Below, piece by piece: positions 19,966-29,927 of a stretch of 64,000 nt of DNA. Position 1 is the stretch's first letter; every line of letters begins with the position of its first letter. The stretch is from a bacterium. GTDB taxonomy: Bacteria > Patescibacteriota > Patescibacteriia > JAGPKW01. The translations under genes and the position numbers were made by a program. Under the pieces are notes generated by a model. That model searched no databases, had not been told where the DNA came from, and saw nothing but the letters and a program-made list of their open reading frames with translations. The stretch spans positions 15,295-79,294 of the forward strand of contig JAJXYN010000011.1 in NCBI GenBank assembly GCA_021780535.1, written 5' to 3'.

Positions 19966-21177
19966 ATGAAATTTAGAGATTTAATTGATGAAACTATACA
20001 ATATCTTTTGGCTAATAAAACAAAAACTGTCTTAACAACTCTCGGTATTACTATTGGTATTATGTCTATTATTACTATGCTTTCTATTGGCAATGCTGCC
20101 AAAAAATCTCTTGAAAGCGATATTCAATCCATGGGAGCTAATGTGTTGCAGATACTTCCAAATTCTGAATTTATTAGAAGTGGTAAACAACAAATAAAAC
20201 TTTACACTGATCAGGATGTCAAAGATATAGCAAAACTACCAGAAGTTAGAGCTCCTTACGCATTAGATTCTGCTACATATAAGGTTGTTTATAAAAATAA
20301 CAAACAAGTTCTTATACTTATGGCCTCTAATTTAGAGTTTCATAATGAGTTAAAATCAGAAATTGAACAAGGAAGAGATTTTACTCAAGATGAAGTTGAT
20401 AATTATTCAAAAGTTATAACAATAGGTCCTGGAATTGCAAAAGATATGTTTGGTCAAAAAAATCCAGTTGGAGAATATTTAAAAATCAACAATACGTCTT
20501 TTAAAATAGTTGGGGTTAATAAATCTATAAAATTTGCCTTTGGTATTGCTAATTATGATAATAGAATCTTTATACCAATCACAACAATGCATAGATACTT
20601 ATTGGGAAGAAACGAATCTGGCTTTCTTTGGATACAATTACAAAAAGATGCCGATCCTTCTATAGCTAAAGATAAAATATATAATATATTAACGGAAAAT
20701 AGGGGATTGAAATCTGATTCTAAAATAAAATACTTTAAAATATTTAGTAGTGATGACTTAATGAAAACGATAGGAAATGTAACAAATATTTTTACAATAT
20801 TACTTGCTTCTATCGCTGGCATATCACTTGTTGTCGCTGGTATTGGTATTATGAATATGATGCTTACAACTGTAATGGAAAGAACAAAAGAAATAGGCCT
20901 AAGAAAAGCTGTTGGTGCTCAAGCTAATGATATATCCATTCAATTTTTAGTAGAATCTGTTGCTATTACTTTTATTGGTGGTTTTTTTGGTGTATTACTT
21001 GGAGTTGGTTTAGCAAATCTTGTTACGGGTGTATTTATGAAAATCAACAGTGGTGTTGATATTACATATATATTGTTTGCTTTTGTATTGTGTACTTTTA
21101 TAGGTATTGGTTTTGGATACTATCCTGCAAAAAGAGCTGCAAAATTAAATCCAATTGAGGCATTAAGATATGAATAA
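19966..21177 (+). CDS. ABC transporter permease, FtsX/MacB type (paralog)
   Basis: Same architecture as the preceding gene. Confidence 0.8.
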   Translation: MKFRDLIDETIQYLLANKTKTVLTTLGITIGIMSIITMLSIGNAAKKSLESDIQSMGANVLQILPNSEFIRSGKQQIKLYTDQDVKDIAKLPEVRAPYALDSATYKVVYKNNKQVLILMASNLEFHNELKSEIEQGRDFTQDEVDNYSKVITIGPGIAKDMFGQKNPVGEYLKINNTSFKIVGVNKSIKFAFGIANYDNRIFIPITTMHRYLLGRNESGFLWIQLQKDADPSIAKDKIYNILTENRGLKSDSKIKYFKIFSSDDLMKTIGNVTNIFTILLASIAGISLVVAGIGIMNMMLTTVMERTKEIGLRKAVGAQANDISIQFLVESVAITFIGGFFGVLLGVGLANLVTGVFMKINSGVDITYILFAFVLCTFIGIGFGYYPAKRAAKLNPIEALRYE

Positions 21178-21204
21178 AAATATTGTTTTTTCGTTGTTTT
21201 ACTG

Positions 21205-21222
21205 TATAATATAAGAACATTT
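21205..21222 (+). promoter_or_regulatory. extended -10 promoter (TGtATAAT) upstream of lepA
   Basis: TTACTGTATAATAT lies about 20 nt upstream of ATG 21239. Confidence 0.35.
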
Positions 21223-21238
21223 TGAATTATAAAGCTTT

Positions 21239-23032
21239 ATGAATCAACAACATATTAGAAATTTTTGTATTATTGCTCATATTGATCATGGTAAATCGAC
21301 TTTAGCCGATAGATTTTTGCAAATTACAAATACTGTTCCAGAAAGAAAAATGCAAGCTCAACTACTAGATAGTATGGAACTTGAAAGAGAAAGGGGTATT
21401 ACTATTAAACTTACTCCTGTAAATATGGACTATACCTATAACGGAGAGCTTTATAGACTTAATTTAATTGATACTCCTGGTCATATTGATTTTAATTATG
21501 AGGTTTCTAGATCTCTTGCTGCTTGTGAAGGGGCTATTTTAGTTGTTGATGCTACTCAAGGTGTTCAAGCTCAAACAGTTGCAAATCTTTATCTTGCCAT
21601 TGAACAAGGTCTTGAAATTATTCCTGTTATTAATAAAATAGATCTTCCAAACTCTGACATTGAAAGAGTTTCAAGAGAAATTATTCATTTGCTTGGATGT
21701 AAAAAAGAAGACATTATCCACGCTTCTGCTAAAACGGGTTTTGGTGTTGAGAATATTATTAATGCTGTTATAGAAAGAATTCCATCTCCAAAAGGTGAAA
21801 TTGAAAACGATAATACAAAAGCTCTTATATTTGATTCTAAATATGATAAATACCGCGGTGCTGTTATGTATATTAGAATTTTTAATGGATCACTTAAAAA
21901 GAGTGACTTAGTTAAATTGATTAATAAAAACACTCAAGCGGAAGTATTGGAAATTGGATTACTTCAACCTGATATGGTTTCAACAGGATCTCTTGAAACT
22001 GGACAAATTGGTTATTTGGTTACGAACATTAAAACTATCTCTGAAACTAAAGTCGGAGATACTATTACGTTACTTAAAAATGCACATGTAGAACCACTAC
22101 CTGGATATAAAAAGGTGAAACCTTTTGTATTTGCTGGAATATTTTGTAAAGATAGTTCTGAATTCAATATTTTAAGAGATGCTATGGAAGAAATAGTTCT
22201 ATCAGATAGTGCTATTGAATACGTTCCAGAAGCTAGTCATGGCCTTGGTTTTGGTTTTAGATGTGGATTTTTAGGGTTATTACATTTAGAAATTATCTCC
22301 GAAAGATTAACAAGAGAATATAATCTTGATTTAATAATAACTACTCCATCTGTTGAATATAAGGTTACATTAAAGGATGGGAAAGAAGAAGTTATTCATA
22401 GCCCACAAGAATTAAAAGATCCAAGTTTTACTGATTCTATTTTTGAACCATTTGTATCTTGCGAAATTATTGTTCAATCTGAATTTGTTGGACAAGTGAT
22501 GGAAATAATGCCAGAGTATTATGGTACTTATAAGAGTATGAGTTATATTGAAGAAACTAGGGTAATATTGAAATATGAAATGCCTCTTGCATCCATTCTT
22601 GTTGATTTTTATGATAAGTTAAAAAGCGTAAGTAAAGGATATGCTTCTTTAAGCTATGAATATTTAGATTTTAGAAAAGCTGACATAGTTAAATTAGATG
22701 TTGATGTTGCTGGAGATCCTGTAGATGCTTTATCTATACTAACTTATAGAGAAGATGCTTATAAACAAGGTAAAAGAATAGTTGAAAAATTAAAATCTGT
22801 ACTTTCTAGAGAGTCTTTTGAAATAAAACTTCAAGCATTAGTTGGAGGTAAAATTATAGCATCCGAAAGAATATCTGCTATGAGAAAAGATGTTTTAGCT
22901 AAAATGTCCGGTGGAGATTATACGAGAAAGTTAAAGCTTTTGCAGAAACAAAAAGAAGGAAAGAAAAAAATGATGGGCAAGGGAAGCGTTGATATACCTC
23001 ATTCTGTATTTCTAGAAATGCTAAAAAGATAA
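21239..23032 (+). CDS. lepA: translation elongation factor 4
   Basis: N-terminus IRNFCIIAHIDHGKSTLADR, G-domain motifs and a LepA C-terminal domain; 597 aa. Confidence 0.95.
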   Translation: MNQQHIRNFCIIAHIDHGKSTLADRFLQITNTVPERKMQAQLLDSMELERERGITIKLTPVNMDYTYNGELYRLNLIDTPGHIDFNYEVSRSLAACEGAILVVDATQGVQAQTVANLYLAIEQGLEIIPVINKIDLPNSDIERVSREIIHLLGCKKEDIIHASAKTGFGVENIINAVIERIPSPKGEIENDNTKALIFDSKYDKYRGAVMYIRIFNGSLKKSDLVKLINKNTQAEVLEIGLLQPDMVSTGSLETGQIGYLVTNIKTISETKVGDTITLLKNAHVEPLPGYKKVKPFVFAGIFCKDSSEFNILRDAMEEIVLSDSAIEYVPEASHGLGFGFRCGFLGLLHLEIISERLTREYNLDLIITTPSVEYKVTLKDGKEEVIHSPQELKDPSFTDSIFEPFVSCEIIVQSEFVGQVMEIMPEYYGTYKSMSYIEETRVILKYEMPLASILVDFYDKLKSVSKGYASLSYEYLDFRKADIVKLDVDVAGDPVDALSILTYREDAYKQGKRIVEKLKSVLSRESFEIKLQALVGGKIIASERISAMRKDVLAKMSGGDYTRKLKLLQKQKEGKKKMMGKGSVDIPHSVFLEMLKR

Positions 23033-23123
23033 AAAACTAACCATAATATTTTCTGTTCATATTGATTTTTCAAGTGAAAAGAGTATTATTAAATAATCTT
23101 ACAATTTCATGGAGGTACTTATA

Positions 23124-23403
23124 TATGTACATGGAAGAAGGTAGTGTAAAAGAAGACTGTTTAATGGTTTTTGTTCATCCGAACTGTTATTTGGCAGCTC
23201 GGAAAATTGGGAAAATTTTTTCTGAACTTGGTTTTGTCTTTAAGCATATTCAGCTTACTTGCGAGGGTAATGTCTTTAAAACATACCCAATGCCAGCTTA
23301 TGCGCTAAAAAGACTTAAACAAGATCCACAAAACAATGACGATTCTTTATTCCTGTCGTTTCATTCTGATAGAAACGGCTTTATTACTATAGACAAACGT
23401 TAG
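23124..23403 (+). CDS. hypothetical protein
   Basis: GGAGG RBS before ATG 23124 and a tandem hairpin terminator after it. No recognisable domain. The ORF-track start at 23062 is probably too long. Confidence 0.35.
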
Positions 23404-23426
23404 GTTTTCAAAAACCTAACAAAAAT

Positions 23427-23457
23427 CCACGAGAGATTATCTCGTGGTATTTTTATT
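23427..23457 (+). terminator. rho-independent terminator
   Basis: CCACGAGAGATTATCTCGTGG followed by TATTTTTATTT, preceded by a smaller hairpin AGGTTTTCAAAAACCT. Confidence 0.55.
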
Positions 23458-23672
23458 TAAAATAATAATTTATTTTAGAGTTGATATGATAGGCAATATA
23501 ACACCAAGCAACATTATTATTAATAAAGATGCCACTACAATGTATTTGATAGTCAATTTAACTTTTTTCATAGAAATAAATTATTAAAATTTAAAGTTAA
23601 TAGAAACATTATAGCAATAGTTAAAAATAAAAAACAGCTCCTTGAAAACAAGAAAGCTGTTGGTAAATTTCC

Positions 23673-24497
23673 CTAATACGAAGGTTCTATATAAAGACTT
23701 GCATACTTATAAAAATTGGCTCTCGGTATTACTATATTATCATTATCAGCCATATACATTGATTCTAGAATAGAATCTGCACTTTGCTTTAATGGTTCGG
23801 TGTATGTATTGTTGATTCTTATTACCGCATCACCAGTATCTGTCATCATTATAAAAGTAGCTCTAGCGAATATAATTGGTTTAGAAAATATCTTTTCTTC
23901 TTCATTAATCTGATATCCTAGCGCTAAGGCTTTTTTCTTCAACGATTCTATACCTTTACTATTCGCATATTTTGCAAAACTAACTTTTTTTATCGTCTTA
24001 AAACGTATTTCATCTTGCGGTTTGAACAATTTTACATATTCTGCCGCGAGATCATTTGTTTCTGCTTGTCTTTTAATGACATGCAAATACCTTTTTTCTA
24101 CAACTCGTTCCATTGGATTTTGTCTTTTGTCCATTAGAGAAAAAACTGATATGGTTTGATAACCGTTTTTATCATAACTTTTATCACCCTTTGGAGGCGG
24201 TTCAAACCCAGCACAATAAAACATTCCATTTTTTTCTGTAAATTTCGTCATTGTTTTGATTTTATATGAACCTTTATACATATAAAAATCAATAATTACA
24301 GTTGCGTTACCTTTTTCGTCTATACTTTTTACAATTCCAGAAGCATTCATGTCCTTCAATTCAAAACTAACAAGATCACCTTTTTCAACAACAACAGTAT
24401 TTGAAAGTGCATAACCAAACGCAGCAATAGCTAAAAAGAAAACAATAATAAAGAATATGAAAAAATGTATTTTTCTTTTCATATTATATCCTCCCAT
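23673..24497 (-). CDS. hypothetical membrane-anchored/secreted protein
   Basis: N-terminal signal anchor (FFIFFIIVFFLAIAAFGYALS); no domain recognised. Confidence 0.5.
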   Translation of the reverse strand: MGGYNMKRKIHFFIFFIIVFFLAIAAFGYALSNTVVVEKGDLVSFELKDMNASGIVKSIDEKGNATVIIDFYMYKGSYKIKTMTKFTEKNGMFYCAGFEPPPKGDKSYDKNGYQTISVFSLMDKRQNPMERVVEKRYLHVIKRQAETNDLAAEYVKLFKPQDEIRFKTIKKVSFAKYANSKGIESLKKKALALGYQINEEEKIFSKPIIFARATFIMMTDTGDAVIRINNTYTEPLKQSADSILESMYMADNDNIVIPRANFYKYASLYIEPSY

Positions 24498-24617
24498 AGG
24501 ATGAATTTATTTGGATTAAAACATATTTTAATGAATTTGTAAAGTTTATTTTATATTTTAATAATTTAATGTACAATATAAACATTAGAAATTGGTTTTA
24601 TTATTAAATTATTAAAA

Positions 24618-25241
24618 ATGAAAGAAATTATTAAAAATTTAAAAATTGATGAAAAAATTATAGTGGTAGTTAGAAAATATTTTTTATCTCTATTTAAAGA
24701 TATATTTATAACATTATTTATTTTAACTTTTTCTTTTGTGTCTTTATATTTTATAATGCAAATAAAAAATAATACCGTTTTTTTAAATACCGCCTTGGTT
24801 GCTTTTTGGTTTTGTTTAGTATTTGCAATTTTTTGGGGCGTAAGAACATTTTTTATTTGGACTTTTGATTCTTTAGTGGTTACTAATTATAGAATTTTTG
24901 ATATAACACAGACAAGTATTTTTAATAAAAATGTTACGGAAATAAACCTTAGAGATATTAAATCTATATCATTTACAAAAAATGGTATTATTAAAACTGT
25001 ATTTAATTTTGGAGATTTAAAAATAGAAACTGAAAATGCTGAAACTAATTTAGAAATCAATAATATTAAAGATCCTTTTGATATTCAACAATTAATAAAC
25101 GAAAGAAAAGAAAAATTAATACAAGACGAAGGACAAAAAGGAAAATTTGACAATTTAAGTGAAGAAGAACTTATAGGTCTTGCTTACAAATTAAAAGAAA
25201 AAATAGGAAGTGATAGATTAAACGATATTTTAAAAAGTTAG
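24618..25241 (+). CDS. membrane protein with bacterial PH (bPH_2/YdbT-like) domain
   Basis: Two TM helices followed by VVTNYRIFDITQTS...GDLKIETE, the typical bPH_2 pattern. Confidence 0.5.
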   Translation: MKEIIKNLKIDEKIIVVVRKYFLSLFKDIFITLFILTFSFVSLYFIMQIKNNTVFLNTALVAFWFCLVFAIFWGVRTFFIWTFDSLVVTNYRIFDITQTSIFNKNVTEINLRDIKSISFTKNGIIKTVFNFGDLKIETENAETNLEINNIKDPFDIQQLINERKEKLIQDEGQKGKFDNLSEEELIGLAYKLKEKIGSDRLNDILKS

Positions 25242-25292
25242 TTGAACCATATTTGAATGACAAAATAAACATATTATCGTATAATTACCATC

Positions 25293-25706
25293 ATGATAAA
25301 AGATCGTCAGGAGTCTTCCTTGAAATTTAAAAAACAAAAATATACTCTTAAAGTTTTCCTAGTTATAAGTCTAGTTGTTTTTTTGTTTGTTTTTGTTGGG
25401 GTTATTAATGTTTTGCTAAAAAATAAAAATGAAGAAAAAAATATAAATGATTTATATTCACAATCTGAGGATATTAAAAACAAAAATAATGAAATTAAAA
25501 ATCTAATAAAAAATTATAACGATGAAACAAGTAAAGAAAAAATGGCTAGAGAAGATTTAAACATGATGGCCGATGGTGAAAATGTTGTTGTTGTAAATGA
25601 TGGTAAAAAAGAAATTCAAATAAATAAAAAAAATGACATTATAAACAAAAACAAAAATATCTCTAATTATAATAAATGGATAAATTTCTTTTTTGGAAAA
25701 GAATAA
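25293..25706 (+). CDS. FtsB/DivIC-like septum formation initiator family protein
   Basis: N-terminal TM, coiled coil, then EKMAREDLNMMADGENVVVV, which resembles the DivIC/FtsB signature. Confidence 0.45.
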   Translation: MIKDRQESSLKFKKQKYTLKVFLVISLVVFLFVFVGVINVLLKNKNEEKNINDLYSQSEDIKNKNNEIKNLIKNYNDETSKEKMAREDLNMMADGENVVVVNDGKKEIQINKKNDIINKNKNISNYNKWINFFFGKE

Positions 25707-25718
25707 TATTAAATAAAA

Positions 25719-26714
25719 ATGGATAAGAAAGAATTAATTAAAAAAAGTTTTGATAAAATTAAAGAATTGTTAAGTAATAAATTATTTTTTAAATTTTTTG
25801 TATTTTTTTTGTTATTTATTGCTTTACTTATTTCAAATATGATTATTGAAAATAATATATATAAATCTAATGATAGATCATTTTTTGCTATAACTTATGC
25901 AAAAATAATGAATATGCCAGCGATAAAAATTAATGGCAATAAAGTATCATATGTTGATTATTTTAAATTTTATGATTATTTAAATAATTTTTACAAAAAA
26001 CAAAATGAAAATGAAAATAATAATACAACAATAAACCCAGAAGCTATTAAAAATGAAGTTACCTCTAAGCTTATAAAAAATTCTATTTTAGAAACATTAT
26101 CATTAAAATATAATATAAAGCCTACAGATAGGGAAGTTTTTGATGAAATTAAAAATCTTGACTATGAAACTGGTAGTATAGATGATACTGCAAAAATAAT
26201 AAAAGATACTTATAATATGTCTCTTGATGAATTTAAGAAAAATTTTATAGAACCTATTATAATAAAAAATAAATTAGATACTATAATATCTAATGATCCT
26301 ATTATAAATAAAGATAAAATTGAAAAAATAACTAATATTTATAATCAAATAAAAGCGTCAAATAATGCTGTAACCAAAAATAAACTTGGTCAAGAGATTG
26401 ATATGTTTTCTACATTAGCAAAAGAATTCAGCGAAGATAAGACATCATCTGAAGAATATGGGGACTTGGGGTGGTTATCTAGAGATTCTATGGAAGAATC
26501 TATAAAAAATGCTGCTTTTGCATTGAAAGATGGAGAGTATAGTGGCGTAATAAAATCTTCTAATGGTTATCATATTATTAAATTATTGGACAAAATAGAT
26601 ACAATAGATATTCCGAAAGTTAGAATTGCTCATATTTTTGTAAAATCTATGGATATTAATACGTATTTACAACAAGAAATAGATAGTGCAAAAATAAAGA
26701 TATACATTAAGTAG
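25719..26714 (+). CDS. parvulin-type peptidyl-prolyl cis-trans isomerase (PrsA/SurA-like)
   Basis: C-terminal PpiC domain (DLGWLSRDSMEESIKNAAFALKDGEYSGVIKSSNGYHIIKL) after an N-terminal TM and helical domain. Confidence 0.7.
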   Translation: MDKKELIKKSFDKIKELLSNKLFFKFFVFFLLFIALLISNMIIENNIYKSNDRSFFAITYAKIMNMPAIKINGNKVSYVDYFKFYDYLNNFYKKQNENENNNTTINPEAIKNEVTSKLIKNSILETLSLKYNIKPTDREVFDEIKNLDYETGSIDDTAKIIKDTYNMSLDEFKKNFIEPIIIKNKLDTIISNDPIINKDKIEKITNIYNQIKASNNAVTKNKLGQEIDMFSTLAKEFSEDKTSSEEYGDLGWLSRDSMEESIKNAAFALKDGEYSGVIKSSNGYHIIKLLDKIDTIDIPKVRIAHIFVKSMDINTYLQQEIDSAKIKIYIK

Positions 26715-26820
26715 CTATAAATAAACGAAAATATTATAATTAGATTTTATGTTGTTATATTTTCGTATTTATATTAATATTATATTTATTATTCTAGATA
26801 ATCATTAATTTGTTAATTTT

Positions 26821-27354
26821 ATGGATTTAAATTCTGAAAAAGTTAAATTTCAATCTGCTATTGATTTTTTAGTTAAAGAACTTTCTACTATTAGAACCGG
26901 GAGAGCATCTGTTAGCTTAGTTGAAGATATAAAAGTTGATGCTTATGGATCACTTATGCCACTTAAAAGTTGTGGTAATATTTCTATTCCAGAAGCTAGA
27001 CAAATATTAATAGATCCTTGGGATAAATCTCTTATAAAAGAAATAGAAAAAGCAATCATGGCGTCTAACATTGGTTTAAACCCTAATAGTGATGGATCTG
27101 TTCTTAGAATAAATTTACCAGAAATGACAGAAGACAAAAGAAAAGATTTACTAAAAGTTGTTGGTGTTAAATGTGAAAATTGTAGAATAGAAATAAGGAA
27201 AATAAGAGAAGAATTAAAAAATTCTATGAAAGACGAAAAAGATGAAGATTTAAAAAAATCTATTCTTGAAGATCTAGACAGTGTTACTAAAGAATTTAAT
27301 GAAAAGGTAGAGGAAATAAGAAAGAAAAAAGAAGAGGAAGTAATGACTGTGTAA
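26821..27354 (+). CDS. frr: ribosome recycling factor
   Basis: 177 aa; RRF-typical segments IRTGRASVSLVEDIKVDAYG and VLRINLPEMTEDKRKDL. Confidence 0.9.
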   Translation: MDLNSEKVKFQSAIDFLVKELSTIRTGRASVSLVEDIKVDAYGSLMPLKSCGNISIPEARQILIDPWDKSLIKEIEKAIMASNIGLNPNSDGSVLRINLPEMTEDKRKDLLKVVGVKCENCRIEIRKIREELKNSMKDEKDEDLKKSILEDLDSVTKEFNEKVEEIRKKKEEEVMTV

Positions 27355-27384
27355 AGATAAATTTTAAATTTTAAAATTATATTT

Positions 27385-28542
27385 ATGTTTCTAACTATTA
27401 TTGTTGTTCTATTAATAATATCATTCCTTGTTACTATCCATGAATTTGGTCACTATATTACTGCCAGAAAATTTGGAATGAAAGTTGAAGAATTTGCTAT
27501 TGGCATGGGCCCAATTATTTTTAAATATACTAGTAAAAAAACTGGAATACTTTATTCTATAAGAGCTATACTTATTGGTGGTTTCTGTAAAATAAAAGGA
27601 GAAGATGGTAACAGTGAAGAAGCGAATAAACTTAGTTCTCCCACAACGAACGAGGTTGTAGAAGAAAAAGATTCTCAACATCTTCCGGACAATGATTCTT
27701 TTGGATCTAAAAAAATATGGCAAAGAGCCGTGGTATTATCTGCTGGAGTATTTATGAATCTTGTTTTTGCTATTATTTTAATTTATGTTGGACTTGTTGT
27801 TGGGATGCCAGATATTGTAAACCCAAACCAAAATTATAATGGAGCCCAATTTTCAAATGAAAGAATGCTTATAAGATCTGTTTTGCCAGGATCTGCTGCC
27901 GAAAAAGCAGGTATTAAATCAGGAGATGATATTATAAGTGTAAACAACCAAAAAATAACAGACTTAGATTTATTAAATAAGACATTACAAACTTCTAATG
28001 GAGTAAATTTATTATTAAAAGATTCTTCTGGCAAAGAAAAACAAATTACAAGTCTTAACAAAGAATTTAATAAAAGTCTTAACAAAGAAGTATTTGGTAT
28101 AGATTTCGCAAAAGTAGCAGTTATAAGATATAATCCTATTCAAGCTATTCCAAAAACATTCCAAACAACAGGATTTTTTGTAACAGGAATGTTCCAAGGA
28201 TTGGGATCTATGATGGCTAGTATATTTTCTGGGCATGGACTTCCAGAAGGGTTATCTGGCCCAATAGGAATCACATTTATTACAGGAGAAGCTATAAAAC
28301 AAGGTTTTTCTTATGTATTATATATAATTGCTCAGATTTCTTTGAACTTAGCTATTATAAATATAATTCCTTTTCCAGCTCTTGATGGCGGAAGATTATT
28401 ATTCTTAGTTTTTGAAAAGATAAAAGGTGCCCCACTTAATGAAAAATTTGAATTAATAGCAAATGGAATTGGTTTTTTACTTTTAATGTTATTGCTTGTA
28501 ATTGTAACATTTAAAGATGTTGGAAATTATATTCTAAAATAA
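27385..28542 (+). CDS. rseP: RIP zinc metalloprotease (site-2 protease) RseP
   Basis: HEFGHY zinc motif in TM1, a PDZ domain, and a C-terminal LDGG motif. Confidence 0.85.
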   Translation: MFLTIIVVLLIISFLVTIHEFGHYITARKFGMKVEEFAIGMGPIIFKYTSKKTGILYSIRAILIGGFCKIKGEDGNSEEANKLSSPTTNEVVEEKDSQHLPDNDSFGSKKIWQRAVVLSAGVFMNLVFAIILIYVGLVVGMPDIVNPNQNYNGAQFSNERMLIRSVLPGSAAEKAGIKSGDDIISVNNQKITDLDLLNKTLQTSNGVNLLLKDSSGKEKQITSLNKEFNKSLNKEVFGIDFAKVAVIRYNPIQAIPKTFQTTGFFVTGMFQGLGSMMASIFSGHGLPEGLSGPIGITFITGEAIKQGFSYVLYIIAQISLNLAIINIIPFPALDGGRLLFLVFEKIKGAPLNEKFELIANGIGFLLLMLLLVIVTFKDVGNYILK

Positions 28543-28560
28543 AAAATAATTATTACGTTT

Positions 28561-29790
28561 ATGTTGTTATCAAAAATACTTTACAAGACACAAAAAAATT
28601 TACCAACTGATGAAATTTCATTAAATGCTAAACTTCTTTTGCAAGCTTGCTTTGTTAAAAAAGAAATTGCTGGAGTTTTTTCCTATTTATCATTAGGATT
28701 AAGAGTTATTTCTAAAATAGAAAAAATAGTTAGAGAAGAAATGAATGCAGTTGGTGGTCAAGAAATTCTTATGCCAGGATTAACACCAAAACAAAATTGG
28801 TTAGACACTGGAAGATGGGGTATGGATGTTCTATTTAAAACAACTGGGGTTACTGGAAGCGAATACGCACTAGGCGCTACTCATGAAGAAATGGTTACTC
28901 CTATTGCAAAACAATTTATAAATTCTTATAAAGACTTACCACTATCTCTTTACCAAATCCAAACGAAATTTAGAAACGAAGAACGTGCTAAATCTGGTAT
29001 TCTTAGATGTAGAGAATTTAAAATGAAAGATATGTATTCTTTTCATGAAACAGAAGAAGATTTTGAAATATATTATGAACAAGTAAAACAAGCTTATATT
29101 AATGTATATAATAGACTTGGAATAGGCGATAACACAATTGTAGCTGTTGCTGATGGTGGAGCTTTTACTAAAAAACTTTCTCATGAATTTCAAACATTTA
29201 CAGATGCAGGAGAAGATTTGATATATGTTTGCGAGAAATGTAACCTTGGTATGAACAAGGAAGTTATTGAAAAATTTGATTATTCTTGTAATGTTTGTGG
29301 AAATAAAGATTTAAAAACAAGAAAAGCAATAGAGGTTGGAAATATATTCTCATTAGAAACAAAATATTCTGAAGCTTTTGATTTAACATTCCAAGACAAG
29401 ACAGGGAATAAGAAAAATCCTATTATGGGATGTTATGGGATAGGAATAACCAGAATTATGGGTGCTATTGTAGAAGTTTCTCATGATGAAAATGGGATTA
29501 TATGGCCAGAATCTATTGCACCATTTGTATATCACATAGTTGCTCTAGGTAATTCTGAAAATGTATCAAATAAATCAAAGGAGATTTATAATAGTTTAAC
29601 TTCAAAAGGATTTGATGTATTACTTGATGATAGAGATGAATCTGCTGGAACAAAATTAAAAGATGCAGATCTAATTGGTTGCCCAAATATTATAATAATA
29701 GGTGATAGAAATTTGGCAGAAAATAAAATTGAATTTAAAACTAGAAAAGATAATAAAACAGAATTAAAAGATATTTCTGAAATTATATAG
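28561..29790 (+). CDS. proS: prolyl-tRNA synthetase, minimal bacterial type without INS editing domain
   Basis: N-terminus LPTDEISLNAKLLLQACFV...GGQEILMPGL, class II motifs, and a C-terminal anticodon-binding domain. Only 409 aa, with a CxxC...CxxC insert where INS would normally sit. Confidence 0.8.
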   Translation: MLLSKILYKTQKNLPTDEISLNAKLLLQACFVKKEIAGVFSYLSLGLRVISKIEKIVREEMNAVGGQEILMPGLTPKQNWLDTGRWGMDVLFKTTGVTGSEYALGATHEEMVTPIAKQFINSYKDLPLSLYQIQTKFRNEERAKSGILRCREFKMKDMYSFHETEEDFEIYYEQVKQAYINVYNRLGIGDNTIVAVADGGAFTKKLSHEFQTFTDAGEDLIYVCEKCNLGMNKEVIEKFDYSCNVCGNKDLKTRKAIEVGNIFSLETKYSEAFDLTFQDKTGNKKNPIMGCYGIGITRIMGAIVEVSHDENGIIWPESIAPFVYHIVALGNSENVSNKSKEIYNSLTSKGFDVLLDDRDESAGTKLKDADLIGCPNIIIIGDRNLAENKIEFKTRKDNKTELKDISEII

Positions 29791-29802
29791 TATAAATAAT
29801 AT

Positions 29803-29835
29803 TCTCCATATGGGGAATATTATTTTATTTTTCTA
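29803..29835 (+). terminator. putative terminator after proS
   Basis: Imperfect hairpin ATTCTCCATATGGGGAAT followed by an AT/T-rich run. Confidence 0.35.
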
Positions 29836-29927
29836 TTGTTGGCATATTTTAAATTGATTGTATTTTTCTCAAAATACATTACAATTTATGTGTAAAAATA
29901 TTAACTTTATAACTAATAACCGAACAA

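Noticed and set aside
23470-23569. 33 codon minus-strand ORF (MKKVKLTIKYIVVASLLIIMLLGVILPIISTLK) downstream of the 274 aa gene
   Set aside because: It is plausible as a small membrane peptide but is too short to support without conservation evidence.
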